NCBI GenBank assembly: GCA_951406725.2 | Contig: OX597815.1 | Coordinates: forward strand, 173,662,001 to 173,726,000 | Direction of reading: 5' to 3' | From: Octopus vulgaris | Taxonomy: Eukaryota | DNA length: 64,000 bases | Part shown: positions 13,736 to 26,350 of the stretch, piece by piece | Position numbering within the stretch: the first letter of the stretch is position 1 | Layout: each line of letters opens with the position of its first letter | Translations under genes and position numbers: made by a program | The notes under the pieces: generated by a model | Database searches by the model: none | What the model was told of the DNA's origin: nothing | What the model saw: the letters and a program-made list of their open reading frames with translations, nothing else

Positions 13736-15160
13736 TTATTTTGATTAAATAAAGTACTAGTTAAATACTGGGGGTGTTGATATCAACTAACCCTAACCAT
13801 CAAAAATTGAGACACTCAATGCTATGGGACACTCTGATAATGTTACATCATCTAAAAAGTACATTCATTCATCTGCTCTGCTCCAATTTCTGAGTGGGTC
13901 ATTGAGGTACAGTCCTCAGGTAACCCACCCCCCCCCCATAGTGTCCTACAAGAAGCAGCCATCATTAAAACTTTCCAGCTGGATTGCCAAGCATGACCAA
14001 CTGAGAGTATGGATATTATCTAACCATCTTGTCCTTGGTCTACTCCTTGGCCTGTTGCTGGTTGAATCAGCTTAAAGGATCTGACTTGCAATTCTTTCCT
14101 GTGACAGGCTAATCACATGTCTATAGTAATGGAGTCGTAACCTCTCAATACAAAAATAGCTGAGATACAGAATATCACTTTAAAAAAATTGTTCCAGCAT
14201 TTGAAGTTATATACATCCATCATAAATACAAAACTCTAATGTACTTAAGTATCAAGTTGATCATAGAGTAGGAGCATAAAGGCCGTAAGATTACGATAAT
14301 GAACTACTGACATATGATCGTAAGTTCAAGTCTTAGAACTTTATAGTGTTTTGAGCTTACTTTTACAACTGTAAAAAAAGCAATTCTTCCACATGAGCCG
14401 AATAAATAAAAGGGAGAATATACGGAAAATATTTTCACAAGTAGAAATTTTAAATTCAGTTACAAAAAAGAAAAAGAATATATCTATATATTTTTTACTC
14501 ATTAAATCATTAAATACATTTTTGTACTTTAAAAAAGTGTCATGAATTAAAATAATATTTATTTAGAAAGTTATTATAAAGTGTTCAATTCTTATAATAT
14601 TCTACACAAGTTACTTTGAACTTTTTACCAATAGGTGTGTGTGTGTGTGTGTATCATTAACAACAAAGAAACTCGACAGATCAATAGCTTGCTACATCCT
14701 ATTATAATCAACTTCACAATCACCACCCTCGTCATCTCCTCTCACACACACAGAGGAATTGGAAGTACATCTATCTTAAAATCTCTATTACAATTATACA
14801 TTTTCACATTCTCCAATATATAGAATATTGATTTCCTTTGACTAGGCATTAGGCAATCTTATGTTTTGTGGGGCGAAGATAAAGTCAATTGAAATGATGC
14901 CAAGATATTACTGGTTCTTATTTCATTAACTTCTGAGGAAAGAAATGTAAAGTTAATACTAAATACACAATGACAAAACTATAATACTGATAGGTAATTT
15001 AGTTTTATCTATCTACCTATCTTATCCTTTATATTCTTATAGATATAATATTACAAATTTTGATGATTAAATGTGACACCCCTTATTCTGGAATGTGGAT
15101 CTGAGTTACAGTTAAAAATTGAGTTACAGCTAAAAATATATAATCCACCATCAGCATTAA

Positions 15161-15400
15161 CAATATCCATACCACAGATGTATTGAAACCTCTTTTATCT
15201 ATAGCTATGAAATCCCAAATGCCCGTATGTGTCGCTCACAAAGAGCCATAAAATTCTCTAAGGCAGAGGCACCCTACTCACTATATTGTAGTGAGCAGGG
15301 TGAAATTCCGGTTACACTTAAATGTGTCTTTTAACTGTCCACATGGGATTTCATAGCTGTAGATAAGAAACACTTATATGCATATGTCGTATGGATAGTG
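15161..15400. mobile_element. piggyBac-type palindromic MITE (240 bp)
   Basis: TTAA on both sides. Imperfect TIRs of about 60 bp (CAATATCCATAC...TTATCTATAGCTATGAAATCCCA / TGGGATTTCATAGCTGTAGATAA...GTATGGATAGTG). Central hairpin at 15270-15302. Confidence 0.75.
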
Positions 15401-16487
15401 TTAAAATATGAATTTTTAAAGTATGAAAATGAGGATAAACAAATAGAAGAGGAATGGAGAAGATCAGAATATTGAAAACTGACTTCATACCAGTTTTACA
15501 TTTTAAATTACAGTAAATCTATAGGGGAGATGAAAAGTTAGTATTTTTTATACAGTTCCAAATCCTCTTTAAAAATGAAAACATCACATATCGTAATAGA
15601 AATTTGCACAAATATCTATGTTGGTTCATATGTCTATAGGGTGTCAAGATAATCTAAGCAGACAGAATTTTCTCAATTAGTGAGTTTCTTTTGTTCATTT
15701 TTACATGCATTTCTACCATGTTATTATTAGTTAGATGAATATATTGGGGCAATGTTTTACAGCCAGATGCTCTTCTTGTCAATAAAACCCTTAAGTGTTT
15801 TTCAAATAAGGGATCTCTTATTCTATACATCTTTGAAAGCGCAGTGCCTGTAGACAATTTGTTACCAGGAAAATAACAGCAATGTCACCACTTGTATCTA
15901 AGTGATTTTTGGAAAAGTGTGAATGTAAAGAATCTATCTATCTGTGTGTGTGTGTGTATAGATGAGTGGACAATAAAAGTAAGTGACACTAAGCACATTT
16001 GGTAGGAGTTACATATATCATTTAATAACAGTCTGCTTCAGTTCTAGGTAACTAAAAAATTTGTAGGCTCATCAAACAAGCGTAACTTATCAGGCTTGTA
16101 GAGTTAACTTCATTAGACAAACCTATGAAGTTGCATGGGGCCTAGTCAAAATGTTATTAAATGATATATTTCTTTTATGTGTATCAGCCAAGTAGCTGTG
16201 GTCAAGTTGAAACAACACACACAGAGTATTCACAAATTACCTTTACAACTTCTTCCACAATTCATTGTATGCAGTGTGTTGCATGCAAACAAATGAAGCC
16301 CATATGCAAGTGATCTGATGCTTCTAATAAATCTTTGTTTGCCTATGCTTTCCAGTAAACTTAGTTTGGTTATCCTTATTTTTAGTAACTATTCTTGTTT
16401 TCCATCGTTTACTAAATTTTTCAAATTGTAATGGTAATTTATGGACATGCTACATTTATATGAATATAATCTTTATACAGCTTTCCC

Positions 16488-16605
16488 CAGGGCATTGGTC
16501 AACCCAGTACTATAATAGAAGACACTTGCTCGAGACGCTGCAAGGTGGACTGAAACATAGATCTGCATAGTTGTGAAACAAACTTCTTAACCACACAGTT
16601 ATGCC
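16488..16605 (-). mobile_element. SINE family A, 5' fragment
   Basis: ATAGAAGACACTTGCTCGAG...CTTCTTAACCACACAG is the reverse complement of the head/core. Confidence 0.6.
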
Positions 16606-17932
16606 AACAGCTATAATAGAAATGAAAATAAATATTGTTTTTGCTCATCAATGGGATGCTTATTTGATTTTTAACACTCCAAATATTACATCTTTTTGCT
16701 CACTTGCTTCTTTTCCACAATATACAAATAAGGGGAAGCCTACAGCTACTTGAAGAATATCTTTCTGAATTATATGACTTGTGGTCAGTGAAACTCAGGT
16801 GAACATGTTAATAATATTGCAAGTTTAATTTTCATTAAATCAGCTGGGCTAAAGTAATCTAAAATAACGTGCTAAGATTATACCAAATAGAAACTTTGAG
16901 TTGGTAACAGGGCTGACACAAATAGCAAAGATGTGCTTTTATTATGATAATTATAGCAATGATAAGCTGTGTGCATGTGAATCTATAACTGTGCATATGT
17001 ATATATGTATTTGATTAAGCATTACCATTAAACAATATCTTACAGTATCTTACATTAAGTTCCACCTAAAAATATTTGCCTTGCAGTAATGCTGTTTACT
17101 TGTTGCTACTTGCAAGTTGCATACTATTAATATTTTTTTTATTACTCTGCAATGAAATCATTTTCCTGTATCATGAAATGCTTAAGAGATAATTCAAAGG
17201 CTAGAATGTATATAAACAGAACACATAATTTGCAACATCTGTAATAAAGTTATTGTTTACGAATACTGTGAGTACTGAAATCATACAACTATTAATATGC
17301 AACATATCAAAACAATGACTAAACCACTTCAATGCTTTTTTTATACCTGCTTATTTGGTGAGAGCAGTGGAAGAATATTACACTGAATAGATTTACAGAA
17401 TGGTCTATTTACTTCATATCCTATGCAAAAAAGCCCACAAAATATTTTTTAGTGTGAAAATGGTGAATACCTTCCTTTTTATACTCAGTTTGCAAGGTTT
17501 ATAATTTGAATCCATGTTGGAACAGATTTTGCTGTATTTCAGAAGGGCCACTATTTATTTGGCCCACAGTGGTCTTATTTTGTTTCTTTTATTATTATTA
17601 GTTGACTAGCTAACTATTTAACCCAATTAACTATTGATTATTGGATTAATTGTTTGGTCAATCAACTAGGTTTGTCAAAGTCCTTTCATTGCCATTTGTG
17701 ACCCCATCAATGACATGCCCTCACTACTCTAGGTCTGTCTTCAAGCCAACAAAGATAATAGAATTAAAATTATAAATATTTTGATCAAAGAGTATTAGTT
17801 GAATAATTGATGTCTTTACATCATAGCCTAAATGAATAATAACATGACTGGTATATTTTTTGCAACAGAATTATATTTTGCAGCATATAAATACCAGTTG
17901 AGAGAAAATAAGAATAAAAGATTAAAACTTAC

Positions 17933-18088
17933 TTGACCACCGAGTATATTATATTGTTGCTTAAGAGCATCCAGCTGTTTCCCAAGCTTTTCTGGAAAAT
18001 CCACCTGCTTCTTTTCAACAACCTGTCGTCCAGTTTTGATAACATATTCAACCTCTGTTTTCAATTCACTCATAGTTTTGTAAAATTT
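17933..18088 (-). CDS. DMD: Dystrophin exon, 156 nt (about exon 33)
   Basis: Acceptor TCTATAG, donor GTAAGT. Encodes KFYKTMSELKTEVEYVIKTGRQVVEKKQVDFPEKLGKQLDALKQQYNILGGQ. Confidence 0.94.
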
Positions 18089-18624
18089 CTATAGACAGAG
18101 TAATAAAATAATACTATCAATTTCTTGAAATGACATTCCAACCATCACCTATATTAAGGTAATTATATATCTTAACATTTGTATAAAGAGAGACATCTTT
18201 TGAAGGAGCATGTTAGAGGCTAAGTGTGTAAGTTTCAATGTTTGCTTCTTTTTTTGTGCAACTCTACTTGAACCATCAACTAATTGTTTGGATGCAGCAA
18301 TACCCACAATTTTTCTGCTTTCCTGTTCCCAATCACTTCTACTGATGCTGTAACTTGAGAATCCATCCTGACATCTCATCACCATTATTTTTATCTCTTT
18401 CCAGCTCCATCCTGGTCACTCTTACCTTCTCTACAATGTGAGTAGCCAAGTAGTTCTTCTGTTCTGACTCTTTCTCTCATACTCTAAACCATTACTTTCT
18501 AACATAAAGCTACTTCCTGCTCTACTGTAGCCCCACTCAGTATAGGAGATTATAGTCTTGTAATCTGTATGGTGGGTGACCTCATTGGTGCTACAGAAAC
18601 AAAGAAATAGCACCCAGTACAGAC

Positions 18625-19442
18625 ACGGGAATGAAGCTTGTATGCTCCACTGGATGTGTAATGTCAGTGTATATACATGACCAAGTGTAAGTGCCCTGAG
18701 AGAAAAGTTGGACATAAAAGCATCAGATGTGGTGTGCAAGAGAGATGACTGTGCTGGTATGGTCATGTGTTACATATGGATAAGGACAGCTGTGTGAAGA
18801 AGTGTCACACCCTAACAGTGGAGGGAACCTGTGGAACAGGTGGACTCAGGAAGACCTGGGACGAGGTGGTGAAGCATGACCTTCAAACATTGGGCCTCGC
18901 ACAAGCAATAACAAGCGACAGAAACCTTTAGAGATATGCTGTACTTGAGAAGACCCAGCAAGCCAAGTGAGATCGTAGCCATGGCCAATGCCAGTGTCAC
19001 ATAACCAGCCCATTTAAGAGTACCCTTCAACTGTTGAGCAATATGCTATGCTTGAGAAGACCTGTTGAGTCAAGTGAAATTGTTGTCATGGCTGATGCCA
19101 GCATTACCTAACTGGCACCTGTGCCAGTGGCACATAAAAGGCACCAGTCAAATGTGGTCGTTGCCAGCATTACCTGACTGGCTCCTGTTCTGGTGGCACA
19201 TAAAAAGCAACATTTGAGCGAGGTTGATGCCAGTACCGCCTGACTGGCTCTCATGCCAGTGACACACAAAAAGCATCCTCTACACTCTCGGAGTGTTGGC
19301 ATTGGGAAGGGCATCCAGCTGTAGAAACCTTGCCAGATCAGATTGGAGCCTGGTGCAACCTCCTGGCTTGCCAGTCCTCAGTCAAACCGTCCAACCCATG
19401 CCAGCATGGAAAGCGGATGTTAAACAATGATGATGATGATGA
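18625..19442 (+). mobile_element. 5'-truncated RTE-clade LINE (ORF2 C-terminus, 3'UTR, (GAT)n tail)
   Basis: Decayed NEACMLHWMCNVSV...WYGHVL...RKTWDEVVKHDL, then a repeat-containing UTR and a GATGATGAT tail. Confidence 0.85.
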
Positions 19443-20339
19443 CTGTGTGTGTGTGTTATATATCAATAACACAAATCTTGTGGCTTTTCTGAAATGTTAA
19501 GATATATCAGACACCTTCCACAGTACTATCTTTTATTCTGCTTAACAGACAATCCAAGAAAGATTTATAAATGATTACATCTACTCTTGATACATTACTA
19601 TTTTCTACATTAATGTTGCCAATGATTAATTTAGATGATCACAAAGGAATTAAAAAAATGCAAACAAGCCACAAACTACCAATGTAGGTTTAGCAACGAT
19701 ACTAGCATGAAAAAAAAATTAATTGTAAAGTACTGTAACAGATACTGCTCTTCTGGATATTTGAAAACTATCCCTTCTTCACTTAAAATTAACTGCTAAA
19801 CATGCCTTATGCTGTCGTCCTCTCTTCTCCCCATCATTCCCTCTTTCTTTGTATGTGTGTGCATGTTAAACAATGAGCACTTGAATTCACTATCCTGTCA
19901 TGCAATTCTACCAAATCAGCAACTATTTCCTTTTTCAACTTAAAATTAACCAGCCCATTATTATTCCTTCTGGACAGGATCTTAGTACAACAGAAAAAAA
20001 ACTAAAAAAAACTAAAGGGCATGCTGAGATATACATGTAAACAAAAAAGAGAAAGATACTGGAGAACTTGATCTTATACTCTGAAGTTACTGGCTTCCAC
20101 ATTAAAATTGTCACAATCAAACTAATCAAGGTTTGGCAACAATTTACATAATTTAGAGTTCAATCAACATCTGCTGTGAGAGTGATGGAACAAGATATTT
20201 AACTCTTTCCATAATTAAGATCAACAGAAGATTACTGAATTTATTCTTGACTGAACAAGAGGGAAGAGAATAGGTCTAAGAGATAACAATGTCTTCCAAT
20301 CTCTAGGTCTCCAGAAAATTGTCATATTAGAAACATATA

Positions 20340-21793
20340 CAAGGGTTGGACAAAATAATGGAAACACCAAGCATCATAATATTGAAATATCTATAAAACC
20401 GTCAAACGTTTGTATATTTTTATGTTTTTTGATTTATTATTAGTGGCCGTTCGCCAGCCTCGACTGGCACCTGTGTCGGTGGCACATAAAATCACCCACT
20501 ACACTCTCGGAGTGGTTGGCGTTAGGAAGGGCATCCAGCTGTAGAAACACTGCCAGATCTGACTGGCCTGGTGCAGCCTTCGGGCTCCCCAGACCCCAGT
20601 TGAACCGTCCAACCCATGCTAGCATGGAAAACGGACGCTAAATGATGATGATGATGATGATGTTGCTTAATACGTTTTGCTAAACTTGCTGTTTCTTTTC
20701 AGATATCATCAGAAAAAGGTAATTAAAATTCATTAAAATGACAGATCTATTGGACTTTCAAAGAGGTCAAATTGTTGGTGCTCATATGCAGGCGCTAGTG
20801 TCATGAAAACAGCCAAAATGTTTGGTGTATCATGAAAGTACTGTCTCGAAAGTAATGATAGCCTTTGAGAAAGAGGGAAAAACCTCCTCGTCGAAACAAA
20901 ACTCTGGAAGAAAGCCAAAACTTTCAGATAGGGACCATCGGACCCTTACATAAATTGTTAGAAAGGATCACAAAAGTACAGTTCCCAAAATTACTGCAGA
21001 GCTTAATGACCACCTTGAGAACCTAGTTTCCACAAAAATTGTTCGCTGGGAGCTGCACAAAGCCAGATTTCATAGGAGGGCTGCAATCAGAAAACCATTA
21101 AACAAACATTGCAAAGCGTTTACAGTGGAGTAAAAACCTATCTAGAGCAGTGGAAGAATGTTATTTTCTCAAACAAGCCACCCTTTACCTTATTTCAGAC
21201 CACTGGCTGAGTATATGTGTGGAGACAGCCAAAAGAAGCATTTGATCCAGACTGTTAAACATGGAAAATCTGTGATGATGGGGGTGGGTGGGGGGATATA
21301 TCTTAGAAATCTGCCGGCCCAATGGTTTCCCTTCATGGCAGAATTAATAGTCAAGACTATTTAAGCATTTTATCTGATCATATTCATCCTATGTCTGTGG
21401 AACTGTTTCCGAAATGAAATGCAATCATTCAGGATGATAATGCACCAATTCACACAGCTAAAGTTGTTACTGAATGGCACGAGGAACCATCTAGTGAAGT
21501 TGAACATCTTATCTTGCCACCATAGTCCCCAGATCTCAATATTATGGAACATTTATAGTGCATTTTAGAAAAACAAGTAAGGAGTCGATATCCTCCACCA
21601 TCATCACTACAAAAACTGGAGACTGTCTTAGCTGAAGAATGGACAAAAATTCCTTTGGAAACAATTCAAACTTTGTACGAGTCCATACCTTGTAGAATTC
21701 AAGCTATAATTACTGCCAAAGGCAGTCCTACCCCATATTAAAATCAATCTGTTTGAAATGTTAAGGTGCTTCCATTATTTTGTCCAACCCCTG
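20340..21793 (+). mobile_element. Tc1-family DNA transposon with DD36E spacing (Incomer-like), decayed
   Basis: TA on both sides; ~29-bp TIRs CA(A/G)GGGTTGGACAAAATAATGGAA(A/G)CACC. Transposase pseudo-ORF 20738-21741 (MTDLLDFQRGQIVGA...QDDNAPIH...SPDLNIME...GSPTPY*) has stops and frameshifts. Confidence 0.9.
20443..20661 (+). mobile_element. Young RTE-LINE 3'UTR fragment nested in the Tc1 element
   Basis: Absent from the second Tc1 copy, which is contiguous TTATTAGTGTTGCTTAAT. Nearly identical to 33311-33534; (GAT)n tail. Confidence 0.9.
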
Positions 21794-22099
21794 TATATTC
21801 AGAAAGTCCTCTGTAGATGCTTTTGATCAAAATTTGTAAATATGTTTGTATAAATACATATTAATATAGACCAGAATACACTGGTGTATACAAGCATATT
21901 TTACTTAATGTATCTCAATGTGTGAGTGTGTTTTCATACTGGTATAAATATGTAAATAAAAGAAAAAACATTCATGAAAAGAGCCATTTAAATGTCTCAT
22001 ACATCACAATCCATTATGTTCTAGGACAAAAACAAACAAAATGCATCCAATAACTGATGCTAAAATATTAAAATTATAATAAAAATCAGATTCACTTAC

Positions 22100-22273
22100 A
22101 ATGCATTGGTCTAACTGTCCTTGAATTATCTCTGGTTCCTCTGAGTGTAGATCTAATAAATGAATCCGTCCTTCGATGCTGCCAAGTTCTCTTTTAACAT
22201 GATTTAATTTTGGTTCAAAATCATAGGGACGTTGAAATTTAAGAAACTTGATATTAACTTCATCAAAATGATG
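22100..22273 (-). CDS. DMD: Dystrophin exon, 174 nt (about exon 32)
   Basis: Acceptor TTTTGCAG, donor GTAAGT. Encodes HHFDEVNIKFLKFQRPYDFEPKLNHVKRELG...EIIQGQLDQCI. Confidence 0.92.
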
Positions 22274-22765
22274 CTGCAAAATAAAAATTTGAGATAGACA
22301 GCCATTACAATTTAAAGAAAAGATTAGTATTTCAAAATGCTTATTCTAGAGTTCTATTATCTATTAGCCTAATTTAAATCAATGAAAACATTCAAGAGTT
22401 TTCTGTTAATTTCAGAAGCAGTCATTGTAATGTGGAAAGAAACCTCAACTGATATGGTCATATAATATAAATAAATGATATTTGCAGGGATGAAGAATGC
22501 CACATGAAGGGATGATAGATATTCTCTGCAGAAGAGGCAGGCAATGGAAGGATTTTGAAAATGCAGTTGAAATAGCTCTTCCAATATTATACCTTACAGA
22601 TGATATAATACAGGAATGTGAGTAAAAATGCAGGAATATGACCTAAGAAGGCTGTATTATAAATCACACACACACAGATATATATATATGCGATAGGATG
22701 ACTGCAGGTCTCAAGGTGAAACTAGTAAAAGGGAAGATAAATAAATAGTTTCATAAATTATTTGA

Positions 22766-22900
22766 AGGCATATAGCTAAATGGTTAAGATGTTAAGCTTA
22801 CAATCATAAGGTTGGGCATCTGCCCTTGAGCTAAGCACTTAATTTCTTGTTGCTCCAGTCTACTCAGATGAAACTGAGTACTGACCATGTGCTGGTACAA
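22766..22900 (+). mobile_element. Old SINE (Meta/MESC-like core)
   Basis: TAGCTAAATGGTTAAG A-box-like head, then CCTTGAGCTAAGCACTTAATTTCTTGTTGCTCCAGTCTACTCAG. Confidence 0.5.
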
Positions 22901-25900
22901 CCTCTCTCCATCTAGCTGTCACATCCTCAATGTTCATGACTACATAGGCACCTAAAACAATTAGCAAAAACATGGCACTTGCTACCAACCCATAATTGTT
23001 TGCAACTCACAGCTATGCTTCTTCCAAGATACATTAGTAACTAGTTATAACAACTAAAACAACTGTCAAAATTAACTGAATAGGTACTCAATGAATAAAC
23101 ATCTTTTCAAATGCTAATCACCAAGGTATTATGGAAAAAGGGGAACCAATGTTTCAGTTAAACAATTATAAGTGAATGTAATGAGAAATTGTCATTTGTG
23201 TTATACAGCAATATCCAAGGGCAAATTTGATCTAATGTAGTTCAACTTACTGGCTAAATAATCATCTATTTATAATTTACTCTTAATACCAAGTTATGTA
23301 ACACATCAGTCTGACTAAATTTTGACTGTATCCACCTTTAGATCACAACATTTATGCCACAGGTTTTCTATGTTTCCAACTTCATTTTACCTCTAACTTA
23401 GATATTTATGAGAAGCCTTTGAAATTCTTAGACCTTTATATAATTTTCCTGTGTCTTCATACCTGAGAAATAGGATGAAGAAGAGAGCTAGGCCAAAATT
23501 GGAACATGTAAATGAACCTGAAGCTTTTCAGTGCATAAACTAATTTTGGTTCTAATTTTAACTTTCCTATACATAACTGAATAGAGCCACTAACAGCTAA
23601 ATCTCCCTCAAATTACATCTACCAACTGAAAAAGGAAGGTCACATTGAATAATATAATCTTAATTTTAAATACATGATGCCTGAAAGAAGATAGTATTGT
23701 CATGGCTGGAATACCTTTTATCACAAGACTGCTGGGTCAGAGTAGACCTAGGGTTAAATAGCAATATCTTGACTTTTTCAGGTACTAAAAACATGAACAC
23801 ACTTAAATACCTTCTTTAAAGGAAGTTAAATCAGTTATTCTGCAACTGAAGATAAAGTAATATATTTGTAGTTCGGCTATTTTAATCCAAAGTAAACTTG
23901 ACATCTAGCTTTCAGTGTGACTTTTCTACATCATCTAAGTCAAAAGATTCATTTATTGCCTTAAAGTGCAATGCTATTACATCACTATGTTGCTGCCAAA
24001 AATAAACCAGATCAACACAAATTTGATTCATAGATATACTACTTAGAAATGTACAACTATCCAACATGCAGTTTACTGAAGAACTTAGTATTGGTTCTAA
24101 TTTCAACACCTTTATAGTGTTCTCTACCTCTATGTTCATATGACGGAATTCTATTATTGAATAGGTAGTGGCATGTAAGACATTTTCAGTTGTATACTTT
24201 ATCTACTGCTTTACTTATCCCTCATTTAGGTAACTGATAATTAGGCTATCTTCTTACTTAACCTACAATATAAATTAACTATATGAGAGATATATACTTC
24301 CTGAAATTGTTCCTTTATTATTTATCTGCTTAAAGACATTAACTGATTTATCTGTCTGTTAGCAATATATACACAACATAACACTTGACATTATTGTTTA
24401 CATATAGCCCCCTGCCTACACACTCACATATCTATATTTATCTCTTACAATTAAGGAAGCTGTATTTGATGAAAACCCCTAAAATAACTGCTTCTTTGCT
24501 AATGGTGAAGGAAATAATAGTATCATATTAAAGAACTGCAATAGTAATTGAAATCTGCTACACATTAAAGATGAAGTTATTATTACTCCTACAAAGAAAA
24601 TGCCACACATTGCAATTATTATTGAAGCAAAAGAATATAGTATTTAAAAAAAAAAATGCAAAATTATAGTAGTTGAACACAGAACTTTACATCAATTAAA
24701 AAAATTTCAGGTCTTTTTAACAAAACTACAAACAATAACAGAAATGTATTTCCAGATATCAGGGAAACAACATTAGAAATAATAGTAAGAATATAGGGAT
24801 TGATACATCAAGTTTACATAAATTTTAATGCCTGTCAGTTTAGGATCAATATTTTAATAAAAGAGGCCAGAAATGTAAATGGTTGCATCATTTGATGAAG
24901 AATTACCAAAGAAAAACACTGCTAACAAACAATAAAACATAAAAAATTGCAAAAGTGACAGTATCAAGTTCATAAAATGTGCACAAAGTAATCTACTAAG
25001 ATATCAATTACAAGGTAGCATTGTTTGAATGTCAAATGTACAAAGACAAACAGCTAGACTGCAGCATCTCACCAGGATATTATAACCTGTATACTCAGGA
25101 ATGCCCAGTCAATCCATAACAAAATACCAATCCTCATATCAACATTAAAAGACAACAATGTCAATGTTGCTTTCATCCTAGATACTTAGCTCACTTCAAA
25201 CAAAAATATTTACATTGCAGCACTCAGTAACTCCACATATCATATCCATCATTTATTTGAATAAAACATTTCAGTGGAATGACAGTGTATTACACTTATA
25301 TATCAACGAACAATACAAAAAAAGCTAATATCCCTAAAGTCTTTTGAATGTATAGGCTTCAACAAAAGTTTTTCATGAAGTAGAAATTCTATGCACTAAG
25401 AATTAAGAGATGCAAAATGCTTCAAGGCCCATTCACCCCATACATGCATGAAAAAAGCACATAAAAAAATGATGATGATGATAGATGTCAAGGTAGGTAA
25501 TTCTTATGATGAACTCTACAACTATTCTCTTTTCATCTTCTCCATTTTCTAATATCATGATCTGTAGTGCCAACATTCACTGAAACAATTTTGAAAATAA
25601 TACTAAAATTCTTGGACAACTTTAAAAATCCCTCATGTTTCAAAGTTTTGATAAACCTATCAAGAAAGCTGCCAATATAATAGATGTTAATCTCAAAGTC
25701 AGTACTGAATAAGCAGACTTACAATCAAAGGATTTTCAGCAACAACAATAATTTTTTTTTTTTTTTGAGACTGCATTATTCAAACTGTTCTTCCATTTAA
25801 GACAGTAGAGGGAAATTTGGCAGCTATTTCTAGCATGTGTTCCGTGAGCATATAGAACCTTTCTCATTCTCATAATGTATGACTAATAAATGTTGTTTTA

Positions 25901-26350
25901 AAAAAATAACATCTCAGTGAATGATATAGAAAAAGACATGCAATTAACATTGACCATAGCAAAATAATTTAAAATGCTACACAACAGAAACCCTTCACAT
26001 CACTCAAAATATATTAATGTTCACAACTGCAAACAAATGGATAAACAATTATATGCATCGAATTATATGACAAGACTAAATAATTTAAATTTCTCTAATA
26101 ATTTTTTACCTTGCATCACAAGTTTCTATGGAAGGTAAATTAAAACATAAATACTTATACACTGAATGCACAAAAGAAAATCCTTACTGAATGAAGATAA
26201 AAGTAAAGCCAGAAATCAGAGAAGAAAACTATGCAATAAATTGATCCACACAAAAATACACACTAATATGTTGAATATCAATCACTGTGTTCTGAGATGT
26301 TATTGAAAGATAAAAAATGAACAGTTTCCACCAACCATGAATGCTTCTAT

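Noticed and set aside
17600-17670. Imperfect AT-rich inverted repeat (similar case at 14277-14345)
   Set aside because: Many mismatches and low complexity; most likely decayed MITE remnants whose termini cannot be defined.
20440-20625. Near-identical ORFs at 20440 and 33236 suggesting a duplicated small gene
   Set aside because: Both are antisense frames of the same RTE 3'UTR repeat.
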